Shown here: positions 39,339 through 49,875 of the stretch, in pieces
How positions within the stretch are numbered: position 1 is the first letter of the stretch
Layout of the letters: each line of letters opens with the position of its first letter
Assembly: GCA_963752595.1 (NCBI GenBank)
Contig: CAVVYZ010000017.1
Span: 256,001 to 320,000 of the forward strand
Source of the DNA: an uncultured delta proteobacterium
Lineage (GTDB): Bacteria > Desulfobacterota > Desulfomonilia > UBA1062
Direction: 5' to 3'
DNA: 64,000 nucleotides
Program-made: the position numbers and the translations under genes
The notes under the pieces: model-generated
What the model was told of the DNA's origin: nothing
Seen by the model: only the letters and a program-made list of their open reading frames with translations
Databases searched by the model: none

Positions 39339-40256
39339 ATGCTCAAGCAAAGCGCTACTCTTGCAATATTATTTACCGATATTTCGGGCAGTACAAGCCT
39401 CTACGAATCTCTCGGGGACGAGAATGCCCACAAGCTCGTGAGTACGTGCATCTCTGCGCTTTCGGGTGTCGTGTCAGACCACCAGGGCACGGTCATCAAG
39501 ACTATCGGAGACGGGGTGATGTCGACCTTCGGTAATGCGGAAAAGGCGGTATATGCCGCTATTGCGATGCAGAAGGCCCTGGACTCTCTCTTCCTGGTCC
39601 TTCAGGAAAAAGAAGTTTCGGTGAATATCCGCATAGGACTCCATTTCGGCCCTGTTATCAAACAGAACTATGATGTCTTCGGCGATGCTGTGAATGTTGC
39701 GGCCAGGATGGTTGCCCTGGCAAAACCGAGACAGATCCTCACGACTCAGAGCACCATCGATGAGCTGCCCACTGGCATCGGGATAAGTATCAAGCGAATA
39801 GATAAGACCACGATCAAAGGCAAGGGCGGCGAATTTTCCCTCTTCGAGATAGTATGGGAAGAGAAGGATCAGACCGTCATGCTCTCCAACGATCCTACCA
39901 TTCCGGTTATCTATACCCGCCTTCACCTCCTGATGGGGGAGAAAGAACTGTATGTGGACAGCAGCAGGCCGAGCATAGTCCTGGGAAGGCAGGCACACAA
40001 CGACCTGGTAGTGAGCGAGGTCACCGCGTCGCGCGTGCATGCCCGCATCGAGTACCGCAGGGGGAAGTTCGTCCTCATCGATCAGAGCACAAACGGGACC
40101 TGCGTGGCAATGGACGGGAAAAAATCTGCATTTATCCACAATGATGAGGTCGTGCTCGGCGCCCGGGGATACATCAGCCTCGGCTGCGAGGTGGATGCCT
40201 CATCTTCCCAGGCGATCCACTTTGCGTACGAGTACAAAGGCGATAAACAGAGGTAG
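39339..40256 (+). CDS. Class III adenylate/guanylate cyclase with C-terminal FHA domain
   Basis: FTDISGST, KTIGDG, IGLHFG, DVFGDAVNVAAR; FHA LGR..SRVHA..DQSTNGT. Confidence 0.9.
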   Translation: MLKQSATLAILFTDISGSTSLYESLGDENAHKLVSTCISALSGVVSDHQGTVIKTIGDGVMSTFGNAEKAVYAAIAMQKALDSLFLVLQEKEVSVNIRIGLHFGPVIKQNYDVFGDAVNVAARMVALAKPRQILTTQSTIDELPTGIGISIKRIDKTTIKGKGGEFSLFEIVWEEKDQTVMLSNDPTIPVIYTRLHLLMGEKELYVDSSRPSIVLGRQAHNDLVVSEVTASRVHARIEYRRGKFVLIDQSTNGTCVAMDGKKSAFIHNDEVVLGARGYISLGCEVDASSSQAIHFAYEYKGDKQR

Positions 40257-40348
40257 GTAACAGACTCTTGCGATCCGTTTAAATCCCTTGCGAGTTGCCA
40301 TGCTGAAACAAGTATGGTATTTATGCTCTGAAGATAAGGAGGCGGTAT

Positions 40349-40546
40349 ATGCTCGGCGGAATAGGCATGACAGAACTGATGATAATCCTGGTAATCGTGC
40401 TCGTGATCTTCGGGGCAGGCAAATTACCTGAAGTTGGAAGCGCCCTGGGAAAGGGAATAAAGAATTTCAAGTCATCCGTGAGCGAAAGCCACGAAGACAA
40501 GTCCGTTAAGGGAGATATTGAAGATAAAAGTAAAAAAGACGTGTAA
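40349..40546 (+). CDS. tatA: Twin-arginine translocase subunit TatA
   Basis: [37 protein letters not shown]; SD GGAGG. Confidence 0.95.
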   Translation: MLGGIGMTELMIILVIVLVIFGAGKLPEVGSALGKGIKNFKSSVSESHEDKSVKGDIEDKSKKDV

Positions 40547-42316
40547 CCTACATTCCCGAAGATCATAACGATAGGTCTCTAGTAATTTATCGTAACCCAC
40601 AGATAATTATGAAACAAGTGTGTTTTCTCCTTGCCTTAAGCATCGTTATGTGAGATTATAACATAACGATGCTTAAGGGAGGTTTTATGGCCATTGTGCG
40701 TCAGCATGACAAAAGATCCGGCATCACCTATGCCTACGAATCAATTTCTCATTGGGATAAGGAAAAGAAACAATCCCGGGCAAAACGTACCCTGATTGGT
40801 CGAGTGGATGACAGCACCGGAGAGATTATTCCGACCAAAGCAACAAACAGACCGAAAGGGATTACCACCCCGATGGCTGCCAAGAGAGGCCCTGCTCCAA
40901 GCACGGAAACCTCCCGGAAATTCTACGGTGCCACCTACCTCCTTGATACCCTTGGCCAAAAGGCTTGGACTTGTTTCGGATTTGAAGCAGTGTTTTCCTC
41001 ACAGCTATAAGCAAATCATCTCACTTGCCTACTATCTGATTCTTGAGGCAGACAGCCCTTTGAGTCGCTTTCCGAAATGGTCTTCATTGCATCTACATCC
41101 ATACATGCAAGATATTCCATCCCAGAGAAGCAGTGAACTCTTTGCCTCCATCACAGAAGAGGATCGCTATCGATTCTTCCAACTCCAGGCAGCCGGCGCT
41201 GTGAGAAGGAATACTGGGCCTACGACATCACCTCTGTATCAAGTTACTCGGAGTGCCTGAAGCAGATCAGGTACGGAATGAGCAAGGAACACGATCATCT
41301 GGCGCAGCTCAATCTGGCCCTTGTATTTGGCCGGGAATCAAGCCTGCCGTTTTATTACCGCAAGCTGCCGGGAAACATCACCGATGTCAAAACAGTCAGG
41401 AACATGTTGGCAGACATGGACTTCCTGAACCTGCAAAAGGTTCATCTGGTCATGGATCGGGGATTTTACAGCGCCGAAAACATCAATGAATTGTACAAAG
41501 AGCACCACAAATTTCTCATTGGAGCCAAGCTTTCTTTGAAGCTTGTAAAAGAGCAGTTGGATAGCGTTCGTCATTCTTTGCGTGAATGGACAAATTACTG
41601 CGAGAACCATGAAGTATTTGCTACTATGCGTTCCCATGAAATGGGACTATGCCCAGGAGCGTCCCAATAAAGGGGATACCATCCGGGAAGAGCGAAGGAT
41701 GTACCTTCACCTTTATTTCAACAGCGAGCGGGCTGCCGAAGATGAGCAAAGACTAACGCGACGCTTGCTGGCACTCCGGAAGGAACTGCAGACTGGCGAA
41801 ATGAAGCCCGAGAACTCAAAGCTCTATGATAAATACTTTGAAATCCATGAGACACCAGCAAGAGGTATCACGGTCATAGCCAGACAAGAGGCAATAGATG
41901 AGGCCAGAAAAAATTATGGTTACTTTGCGCTTGTCAGCAATGAAATCAAAGACCCAATCAAGGCGCTTGATATCTACCGCAACAAGGATCTGGTAGAAAA
42001 GGCGTTTGGCAATCTTAAGGAGCGCCTGAGCATGCGAAGGTTGCTGGTTTCGTCGGAGCAATCACTGGATGGGAAATTGTTCGTGCAATTCGTGGCTCTG
42101 ATATATTTGTCCTGTATCAAAAAAGTGATGCAGGAAAACAAGCTTGTTTGGCAAGTACACTCTTCAAGGCTTGCTGGATCAATTTGATGTGATCGAATGC
42201 TTTGGCAGGCCCGGAAAAGACATGCGTGTGGGCGAAATCACCAAGAAACAACAGGAACTCTACGAAGTTCTCGGTGTGGTTCCGCCTTCATCGTTATGAA
42301 GTAGCGGGAATCCAGG
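40547..42316 (+). mobile_element. Insertion sequence, IS1634-like, 1770 bp
   Basis: Imperfect terminal IRs CCTACATTCCCGAAGA-TCATAACGAT and (revcomp) CCTGGATTCCCGCTACTTCATAACGAT; direct repeat GTGTAA at 40541-40546 and 42317-42322. Confidence 0.9.
40687..42299 (+). CDS. IS1634-family DDE transposase (several frameshifts)
   Basis: YAYESISHWDKEKKQSR N-terminus, YDITS, QLNLAL, PGNITDV, MDRGFYS, YRNKDLVEKAFGNLK. Confidence 0.85.
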
Positions 42317-42504
42317 GTGTAAGGACTCCTTCCTGCAAGAGGAATTTCATAGGTTGTCTTTTTAGTTGACTTTTTTTGATACTGACCGGGTGTGTTCTTC
42401 CCCGGCATTTCTCTGTGAAGATATTTTCTTTGTGAACGTAAATAGGTGTATGTATAAAAATGCCCCCTTAAGTGGGGGCACGGAAAATCTTGAACTCGTC
42501 TTTT

Positions 42505-42969
42505 TTATTCGTCGAGTTTGTTGTCGTACTCGATGAGAATCCTGTAAATCTTATCCGTGGATTCTGCCCCGATCAAGCTCTCACGCAAACCGGGATTTTT
42601 CAGCAGCATCGAGGCCCGGGCGAGTGCCTTGAGATGGCCGCTCACCGAGTTGCTGGGCGCTACCAGGAGAAAGAATATGTGGCATGGCTTCGAATCCAGG
42701 GCATCGAACTTGAGCCCGGCCTTGCTTTTCCCCACGGAGCCGGCGATTGTTTTCAAGCCCGGGATCTTGCCGTGGGGGATGGCGATGCCTTCGCCGATCC
42801 CCGTGGAACCGAGCTTTTCCCTGGCAAGGAGCACATCGACCAGCTCATCGAGGGCGATCCCGTATTCATGCGCAATGGGCCGGGAAAGCTCGGTAAGGAT
42901 ATCCTTCTTGGTCTTCCCCGTAACTTCGGGGAGAACGCATTCAGGCTTCAGTATATCTTCGATTTTCAT
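42505..42969 (-). CDS. ptsN: PTS EIIA-Ntr
   Basis: REKLGSTGIGEGIAIPHG; rpoN operon context. Confidence 0.92.
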   Translation of the reverse strand: MKIEDILKPECVLPEVTGKTKKDILTELSRPIAHEYGIALDELVDVLLAREKLGSTGIGEGIAIPHGKIPGLKTIAGSVGKSKAGLKFDALDSKPCHIFFLLVAPSNSVSGHLKALARASMLLKNPGLRESLIGAESTDKIYRILIEYDNKLDE

Positions 42970-43493
42970 ACCATGGGCTCAACAAGTCCGAGGTCTCCAT
43001 CCTGCCTTTTATAGAGCAGATTGATCCGATTTGATCCGGTATTCTGGAAAAGGATGAAATCGTTTTTCGACACATCGAGCTGGAGGGCTGCTTCATCGAC
43101 ACTCATAGGCTTGATGAAGTAGTCCTTCTCATAGACAATCTTGGAGGATTTAGCCTTTTCTTCCGATTCTGCTGCCGCACCTGCAAACTGGGTCTTGGCC
43201 TGCCCTTTCTTACCCTGGATCTTTTCTTTATGTTTTTTGACCTGCCGCTCCAGCTTGTCCATCACCATGTCGATTGCAGAATACAAGTCCTCGGTAATCT
43301 CTATTGCATTGATTGCCACCCCGTCGGCGCTTAAGGTTACATCGGCGATATGGCGCCTTTTTTCCACCGAGAGCACCACATGGATCTCAGATGGTTTGTC
43401 AACATACTTATCTAATTTTGATAATCTTTTTGAAGCGTATTCTTTGAGTGCATCCGTGGAATCGATATTCTTGAAGGTGATGTCTAACTGCAT
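42966..43493 (-). CDS. hpf: Ribosome hibernation factor, long HPF
   Basis: DLYSAIDMVMDKLERQVKKHK, KPMSVDEA, YKRQDGDLGLVEP. Confidence 0.93.
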   Translation of the reverse strand: MQLDITFKNIDSTDALKEYASKRLSKLDKYVDKPSEIHVVLSVEKRRHIADVTLSADGVAINAIEITEDLYSAIDMVMDKLERQVKKHKEKIQGKKGQAKTQFAGAAAESEEKAKSSKIVYEKDYFIKPMSVDEAALQLDVSKNDFILFQNTGSNRINLLYKRQDGDLGLVEPMV

Positions 43494-43523
43494 ACTGGCT
43501 CCTCCTTTTGTTTACAGAGTTAA

Positions 43524-44909
43524 TTAATAATGTTTCTTCCTTCGATTTGAAGGAACGATACCAAGCAGCTCTCTGTATTTCGCAACTGTCCTCCTCGCTA
43601 TCTTCACTCCCTTGACTTTCAGCTTCTGGGCAATGGCCTGATCGCTCAAGGGGTGACGTGCATCTTCGGACTTGATAATACCTTCAATCTCGTTTTTTAC
43701 GCTCTGGGATGCGACGAAACTGCCATCGCTCCTCGAAATACCGCTGTTGAAGAAATACTTGAGCTCAAAGGTCCCCTGGGGGGTGTGCACATATTTATTC
43801 GATGTGACCCTGCTTATGGTCGATTCATGCATGCCCACATCATCCGCCACGTCCCTTAAGACAAGCGGTTTGAGATGGGTGATCCCCTCTTCCAGGAAAT
43901 CATGCTGGAATTTCACGATGCTTTCCGTTACCTTGCACAGGGTGTTCTGCCTCTGCTGAATGCTCTTCAGCAGCCATTGGGCTGATTTGAAGCAATCGGA
44001 AAGGTACCCTTTGGTAACCTTGCCCATACAGTCGGATGACATCATTCTCTGGTATTCCCTGTTGAGTTTCAATACCGGGATATCCTCTTCATTGAGCACC
44101 ACGACGAACTCGCCTTCCATCTTCACGACATAGATATCCGGCACGATGTACTGGGGAGGCTCGTCCGCATAATCCCGTGCAGGCCTGGGCTCCATGTTGA
44201 TGATGATCTGCGCTGCGGTGGAAACCTCTTCCACGGTAGCTCCGAGTTCATGTGCTATCTTGTCGTAGTTCTTTGTCTGGAGATCTTCAAGGTGTGAATC
44301 GATCATCCTCCATACGAGCGTGTCTTCGAGATCGAGGATCCTTGCCTGGATGCGAAGGCAGTCTCTCAAGTCCCGCGCCCCGATCCCGGGCGGGTCGAAG
44401 CTCTGCACCTTGGTGAGGGTTGATTCTACAACCTCTTTTAGAGTCCCGGTCGCCGCGCATACGGCATCCGTATCCATATTGAAGTAGCCGTTGTGGTCCA
44501 GATTGCCGATAATAAATATCCCCACCTCGCGCTCTTTTTCCGAGAAATCATTCATCCTGAGCTGCCAGAAGAGATGATCATAGAGGCCTTCCGGCTTTGT
44601 TGCAGAGGACTCGAATGACGGCCGCTCTTCATCGTCATAATAGGGGATATTGTCCTGCCCATAGGTTTCAAGATACGCATCCCACTTCCATTTCAGCAAC
44701 TCATCGCGCTCTTTCTGCAGGCGTTGCGATTCCGCATCCCGGAATGACGTGGTTTCCGATTCGAGAAGAGGGTTTGACTGGAGTTCTTCAGTGATATACT
44801 CCTGGAGTTCGACTCGAGAGAGTTGCAGCAGCTTGATCGCCTGCTGAAGCTGCGGCGTCATGATGAGTTGCTGTGAAAGCTTGAGATGCTGCTTAAGCTC
44901 CAATGCCAT
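43524..44909 (-). CDS. rpoN: RNA polymerase sigma-54 factor
   Basis: MTPQLQQAIKLLQ, HESTISR, RpoN box ARRTVAKYRE. Confidence 0.98.
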   Translation of the reverse strand: MALELKQHLKLSQQLIMTPQLQQAIKLLQLSRVELQEYITEELQSNPLLESETTSFRDAESQRLQKERDELLKWKWDAYLETYGQDNIPYYDDEERPSFESSATKPEGLYDHLFWQLRMNDFSEKEREVGIFIIGNLDHNGYFNMDTDAVCAATGTLKEVVESTLTKVQSFDPPGIGARDLRDCLRIQARILDLEDTLVWRMIDSHLEDLQTKNYDKIAHELGATVEEVSTAAQIIINMEPRPARDYADEPPQYIVPDIYVVKMEGEFVVVLNEEDIPVLKLNREYQRMMSSDCMGKVTKGYLSDCFKSAQWLLKSIQQRQNTLCKVTESIVKFQHDFLEEGITHLKPLVLRDVADDVGMHESTISRVTSNKYVHTPQGTFELKYFFNSGISRSDGSFVASQSVKNEIEGIIKSEDARHPLSDQAIAQKLKVKGVKIARRTVAKYRELLGIVPSNRRKKHY

Positions 44910-44921
44910 GCAATGCTCCTC

Positions 44922-45653
44922 TCACGATAGCGTAAAGTCTTTCCCTACGTATATCTGTTTTACCTGTTCGTTCTCAACAACCTTTTCAGGCGTCCCTTCC
45001 TCAATCACAAGCCCCTGGTGGATAATGTAGGCCCTGTCGCATATTTTTAACGTTTCTTTCACATTATGGTCTGTAATAATGACACCAATTCCCTTGCTTT
45101 TCAAGTTCACGATCATATCCTGAATATCCTTGACCGTGATTGGATCGATGCCGGCAAAAGGCTCGTCGAGGAGGAGATAAAGGGGATCGAGGGCCATTGC
45201 CCGTGCAATCTCCACCCTGCGTCGTTCCCCGCCCGAGAGCGAGACTGCCATGTGCTTCCTGACATGCTCGAGCCCGAAAACAGAGATGATCTCGTCCCGT
45301 TTCTGCCGCATGGCAGGCCCTTTCAGGCCTTTTGCCTCCAGAGGCACCGAAATGTTGTCTTCGACGCTTAACCCCCTGAACACAGACGGCTCCTGCGGAA
45401 GATATCCGATCCCCTTCTTTGCCCTGCCCGAGAGATCAAAGGAGGTGATTTCGTTCTCGCCGAGGAGGACCCTGCCTTTGTCGGGACGGATGAGCCCCAC
45501 GATCATGTAAAACGTCGTGGTCTTTCCCGCACCGTTTGGACCCAGCAGACCGATGATCTCACCCCGGCTGCACTCGAGGTCCAGCCCTTTGATGATGCGG
45601 CTTTTCCCGAAGCTTTTCTCAAGCTTACTCGCAGTGAGCTTTACTTCTTCCAT
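44922..45653 (-). CDS. lptB: LPS export ABC ATPase
   Basis: GPNGAGKTT, YLPQE, LSGGERRRVE, DEPFAGIDP, ITDHNV. Confidence 0.95.
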   Translation of the reverse strand: MEEVKLTASKLEKSFGKSRIIKGLDLECSRGEIIGLLGPNGAGKTTTFYMIVGLIRPDKGRVLLGENEITSFDLSGRAKKGIGYLPQEPSVFRGLSVEDNISVPLEAKGLKGPAMRQKRDEIISVFGLEHVRKHMAVSLSGGERRRVEIARAMALDPLYLLLDEPFAGIDPITVKDIQDMIVNLKSKGIGVIITDHNVKETLKICDRAYIIHQGLVIEEGTPEKVVENEQVKQIYVGKDFTLS

Positions 45654-46159
45654 TCCAGCACCCCGGTTTCCGACCCGCTGTTTACCCTCATCTTCACGCG
45701 GCCGCTTTTCCCGCTTTCCACGACTTGATGGTCCTTTATCATGTCGATCAGTATCTTCTGTCCCGAGACCTTCTCCTGCCCTCTGGTTATGATCGCGTTT
45801 CCGGTGAGTTCGAGATTTTTGTCCGGAAGGGTATAGACGGCTCTGTCACAGGTGGATTCCTTATCCTCCCATTTGATGTAGACGTTCTTCTCTACGATCA
45901 TTTTGTTGACCTTTTTGGTGGTATTATCGATAAACAGGGTCAGGGTTGCACCCTTGATAATGGTATTCCCTTGTACCGCCTTCACGTTCCCCTGGAAAAC
46001 CGCCTCTCCTTTGGCTTTGTTCACGTCCAATCTGTCGGCCTCTACATCGATCATATCGGTAGCGGCTGTCCTCGTCTTTAGCTCGGCAGCGGTGAGCTGC
46101 AAAGCGAGGCAGATGCAGGTGATGCTAATTATAAAAAACGTCTTGAGAAATCTTTGCAT
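45641..46159 (-). CDS. lptA: LPS transport periplasmic protein
   Basis: Signal peptide, FQGNVKAVQG, LTGNA; between lptC and lptB. Confidence 0.85.
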   Translation of the reverse strand: MQRFLKTFFIISITCICLALQLTAAELKTRTAATDMIDVEADRLDVNKAKGEAVFQGNVKAVQGNTIIKGATLTLFIDNTTKKVNKMIVEKNVYIKWEDKESTCDRAVYTLPDKNLELTGNAIITRGQEKVSGQKILIDMIKDHQVVESGKSGRVKMRVNSGSETGVLEWKK

Positions 46160-46676
46160 GTACGTTTCCTGCGAGCTGTATGCGGCTGAAATCATCGAAG
46201 AACTCAGCCTGGTTTGCCCGGATCGTCCCTTTCTCCCCCTGTACCGTGACGGGTTTGCGGGTGACGGCGTGGTCGGCCTTTCGATCCCAGACGACATCCG
46301 TCAGGTCGGCCTTCCATCCGTCAGGGGTGATAATGGTTACCGGGCCGATGATATTGAGCCGGGAAGCATCCGTATCGTATTGTGCACGGCCGCCAGAGAT
46401 CTCCAATCCGTCGGTGCGGTCAACGGTGAACTCTTTCATGATAAAGGTGCTGTTGGATTCCTGTGTAATGATCTTGGCCCGGATGACGAAATCCTTATCC
46501 GACCCCAGCCTCTTTTCGTGCATCACGATGTTTTTCGCCGTTCGCAAGACCTGCAGCGGCTGGTCTTCCTGAAGCTGAGACTGCTTTCCCAAAGGAGCAT
46601 CATCCCTGTTCAGGAAATAGATGCCGGCGGTGATGAGCGAGATGATGAAGAGCATTCCGAGAAGTCTAGCCGACAT
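46125..46676 (-). CDS. lptC: LPS export protein LptC
   Basis: N-terminal TM helix plus beta-rich domain; kdsC-lptC-lptA-lptB synteny. Confidence 0.75.
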   Translation of the reverse strand: MSARLLGMLFIISLITAGIYFLNRDDAPLGKQSQLQEDQPLQVLRTAKNIVMHEKRLGSDKDFVIRAKIITQESNSTFIMKEFTVDRTDGLEISGGRAQYDTDASRLNIIGPVTIITPDGWKADLTDVVWDRKADHAVTRKPVTVQGEKGTIRANQAEFFDDFSRIQLAGNVHAKISQDVFYN

Positions 46677-47175
46677 AGCGTTCCATCACTGTATCGAACA
46701 GTCCTAACCGCTTGAGGAGCAGTTCCGCAGCCTCCCGGACCGCACCGTGGCCCCCGGGAAGCTTGGTGACTACATCCACCCGCTCCTTGACCATATCCAC
46801 CGCATCGCTGGGGGCAAGGCTTAAGGCGCACAGGGCCATTGCGGGAAGGTCCACTACGTCATCCCCCATGTACGCCATTTCACCGGGATCGAGTCCTATT
46901 TTCTTCGCAAAATCGAGCAGGGCCGCTTTCTTGTCCTTTGCACCCTGGACCAGGTGTTCGATCTTAAGATCCTTTGCCCTGTGTTCGAGGGCCTTGGAGA
47001 ACCTTCCCGTGATGATGGCGACCCCGACTCCTGCCCGCATGAGGAGCTTGAGCCCGTGGCCGTCTTTGGTATTGAATGACTTGAGCTCTTGGCCGTCGTC
47101 CGTATAGGTAATCCGAGAATCGGTCAGCACGCCGTCGGCATCCAGGATAAGGTACTTTATTGCGTTGTTGTTCAT
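46666..47175 (-). CDS. kdsC: KDO 8-phosphate phosphatase
   Basis: DADGVLTD, KDGHG, ITGR, GDDVVD, GGHGAVRE. Confidence 0.93.
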   Translation of the reverse strand: MNNNAIKYLILDADGVLTDSRITYTDDGQELKSFNTKDGHGLKLLMRAGVGVAIITGRFSKALEHRAKDLKIEHLVQGAKDKKAALLDFAKKIGLDPGEMAYMGDDVVDLPAMALCALSLAPSDAVDMVKERVDVVTKLPGGHGAVREAAELLLKRLGLFDTVMERYVG

Positions 47176-47984
47176 TTCACGATCCTCTGGATCTCGGACA
47201 GCTTCCTGAGAAGGGGCTCCAGCTCTCCAAGAGGCAGCGAATTCGGACCGTCGCTCAAGGCACGGTCGGGATCATCATGCACCTCCATGAAGAGGGCATC
47301 CACACCGAAGGCAACCCCTGCCCGCGCCAGTGACGGAATAAATTCCCGGTTTCCGCCCGAAGAATCGCCTTTTCCTCCAGGCAGCTGCAGGCTGTGGGTG
47401 ACGTCCAGGACGACCGGTCTCCCCAGCGACCTCATGATCCCGAGGCTCCTTAAGTCGCACACGAGGTTGTTGTATCCGAAGAATGACCCCCTTTCCGTCA
47501 GGAGGATCTTTTCGTTCCCGGTGGTTTCGACTTTCTTCACGGCATGGTCCATATCCCACGGTGCCATGTACTGACCTTTTTTGATATTTATAGGCAGTCC
47601 GGTTTTTCCTGCAGAAATGAGAAGATCGGTCTGCCTGCAGAGGAAGGCTGGGATCTGGATGAGATCCGCCACCCCCGCTGCAGCGGCAGCCTGGGATGCA
47701 TCGTGGATATCCGTGGTAACGGGTACGCCGAAGTCGGCCTTGATCCCGGCAAGGATCTCGAGGCCTGCCTCGATTCCAGGCCCCCGGTAGGAGTGAGCCG
47801 AGGACCGGTTTGCCTTATCGAACGAGGCCTTGAAAATGAACGGCGTTTTCGTCCGGGACGTTATCTCAAGGAGGGACTCTGCCATAAAGCGTGCGTGATC
47901 CCTCGACTCGATCACGCACGGCCCTGCAATGAGCACCAGATCCCCTGAACCGATCGGTATCGTTCCTACGATAACCGGCTGCAT
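47172..47984 (-). CDS. kdsA: KDO 8-phosphate synthase
   Basis: AGPCVIES, KASFDKANRSS, PAFLCRQTD, KKGQ, DVTHS, SDG. Confidence 0.96.
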   Translation of the reverse strand: MQPVIVGTIPIGSGDLVLIAGPCVIESRDHARFMAESLLEITSRTKTPFIFKASFDKANRSSAHSYRGPGIEAGLEILAGIKADFGVPVTTDIHDASQAAAAAGVADLIQIPAFLCRQTDLLISAGKTGLPINIKKGQYMAPWDMDHAVKKVETTGNEKILLTERGSFFGYNNLVCDLRSLGIMRSLGRPVVLDVTHSLQLPGGKGDSSGGNREFIPSLARAGVAFGVDALFMEVHDDPDRALSDGPNSLPLGELEPLLRKLSEIQRIVK

Positions 47985-48301
47985 GGCACTCCCTTCGGTG
48001 ATCGTACGCCGACCCGGCTTCTCTGTACTGCTTCCGACCGTATTGTTGCTGCATGATCCCAATGAGGGACATGGCAGCAGAGCATCCCATTCTCATAGTT
48101 TCCCATGTAAAAAGATTTATCCCATGGCACCGAGGGGTGTCAAGCAAGATACGGTGTAGTGCTAGCAAATGCCCTGCCATTCTGGATGGACCATGAGGCC
48201 GGGCTGACCTCCAGGCAAATGAAGTTTTTCAACATGCTGGCAATCGCGGTCGTTTTGGTTTACTAAATAAATCCAGCACGTATCAGGAGGATATCAAGAA
48301 T

Positions 48302-49108
48302 ATGAGCAGCAATGTTGCATCGAATGTCTGGAAATCTCTCGAGAACATCAGGGCCAAGTCCCCTGTTGTCCATAACATCACCAACTATGTGGTCATGAAC
48401 AGCACGGCCAATGCCCTCCTTGCCGTCGGGGCTTCGCCGGTTATGGCCCATGCGGGAGAAGAGGTATCCGACATGGTGGGAATCGCATCCGCTCTGGTCA
48501 TCAACATCGGGACCTTAAGCAAGGAGTGGGTACAGTCCATGTTCCGTGCAGCAGAGCAGGCGAAGAAGCGCCGCATCCCCATCCTTCTCGATCCTGTGGG
48601 CGCCGGGGCCACTCCCTATCGCACCGCGACAGCCAGGGATTTGGTTAAGGAATTCAGGCCGGAAATCATACGGGGAAACGCCTCGGAGGTCATGGCCGTG
48701 TATGAGGATGCGGCAAAAACCAAAGGGGTCGACAGCTCGGAAGCTTCCGATACGGCCGTGGCTGCTGCCCGCAGCATCCATGAGGCCTACGGTTCGGTTG
48801 TGTGCATCAGCGGGGGAACGGATTACGTGGTCGGCAGAGACAGGATTGTAAAAATTCATAACGGCCATCCCATGATGACCCGCGTGACGGGGATGGGCTG
48901 TGCTGCGACAGCGCTGTGCGGTGCTTTTGCAGCCGTCGAGGATGATTATATCCGGGCTGCGGCACATGCCATGGCAATCATGGGCATTGCAGGCGAGATC
49001 GCGGCAGAAGGAGCAGGCGGGCCCGGCACGCTGCAGGTGCGTTTTTTCGATACCCTCTATCGTTTGACCATAGGAGATATCGATACCCGCTTGAAGATGG
49101 AGTATTGA
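48302..49108 (+). CDS. thiM: Hydroxyethylthiazole kinase
   Basis: HNITNYV, GASPVMA, INIGTL, LDPVG, RGNASE, VTGMGC. Confidence 0.95.
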   Translation: MSSNVASNVWKSLENIRAKSPVVHNITNYVVMNSTANALLAVGASPVMAHAGEEVSDMVGIASALVINIGTLSKEWVQSMFRAAEQAKKRRIPILLDPVGAGATPYRTATARDLVKEFRPEIIRGNASEVMAVYEDAAKTKGVDSSEASDTAVAAARSIHEAYGSVVCISGGTDYVVGRDRIVKIHNGHPMMTRVTGMGCAATALCGAFAAVEDDYIRAAAHAMAIMGIAGEIAAEGAGGPGTLQVRFFDTLYRLTIGDIDTRLKMEY

Positions 49109-49109
49109 C

Positions 49110-49793
49110 GTGCAGGGTCTCTATCTTGTCACGGACCGGAAGTTGTGCGGCGGCAGACCGGTTGAAGAGGTTGTCCTGCTTGCAGTAAAAGGAGGCGTTT
49201 CCTGCGTCCAGCTGCGCGAGAAGGATCTTCCTACCCGGATGTTCGTTGAGCAGGCGAAGAAGCTGAAAAGTCTGCTTGCGCCGTTGCATGTGCCGCTGAT
49301 CATCAATGACCGGCTGGACGTGGCCCTGGCAATAGGGGCGGACGGCATTCATATCGGCCAGGGTGACATGCCCTATGAAACCGCCAGGAGGCTCTTGGGC
49401 CCGCAGGCGATCATCGGCCTTTCCGTGGAAACCTGGGAGGAAGTAGAAGAGGCTCAGGAGCTTGACGTGAATTATCTCGGGTTAAGCCCGGTTTTTAAAA
49501 CACCCACCAAAACCGATACCAAAGATGCCTGGGGCCTCTCCGGGATCGCCCGGGTCAGGGGGTATTCCCGCCATCCCCTGGTAGCCATCGGAGGCTTGAA
49601 CAAGGTAAACGCCGCAGATGCCGTCAGGGCAGGTGCGGATTCCGTCGCAGTAGTCTCGGCCTTGTGCTGTGCCTCTGATCCGATGCACGCAGCCCGTGAA
49701 CTCGTTGGAATCATAGGGCAGGTTCTCCGGGAGAGAGATCTTCCGGGCAGTCTAAAGATTGGTTTGTTAAAGGAATCTTCAGAGAAGCATTGA
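49110..49793 (+). CDS. thiE: Thiamine-phosphate synthase
   Basis: QLREK, INDR, HIGQGD, TPTK, AIGG. Confidence 0.95.
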   Translation: MQGLYLVTDRKLCGGRPVEEVVLLAVKGGVSCVQLREKDLPTRMFVEQAKKLKSLLAPLHVPLIINDRLDVALAIGADGIHIGQGDMPYETARRLLGPQAIIGLSVETWEEVEEAQELDVNYLGLSPVFKTPTKTDTKDAWGLSGIARVRGYSRHPLVAIGGLNKVNAADAVRAGADSVAVVSALCCASDPMHAARELVGIIGQVLRERDLPGSLKIGLLKESSEKH

Positions 49794-49806
49794 AGTCAAA
49801 AGCCTT

Positions 49807-49847
49807 AAAAGGGAAAGGCCCCGGTAGCCGGGGCCTTTCCCTTTTTT
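49807..49847. terminator. Bidirectional intrinsic terminator
   Basis: AAAAGGGAAAGGCCCCGG-TAG-CCGGGGCCTTTCCCTTTT. Confidence 0.85.
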
Positions 49848-49875
49848 CGTAGTGAATGAGCTTATGATGTGTCAG

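Noticed and set aside
48100-48301. TPP riboswitch upstream of thiM-thiE
   Set aside because: No CTGAGA or ACCTGA core motifs are visible.
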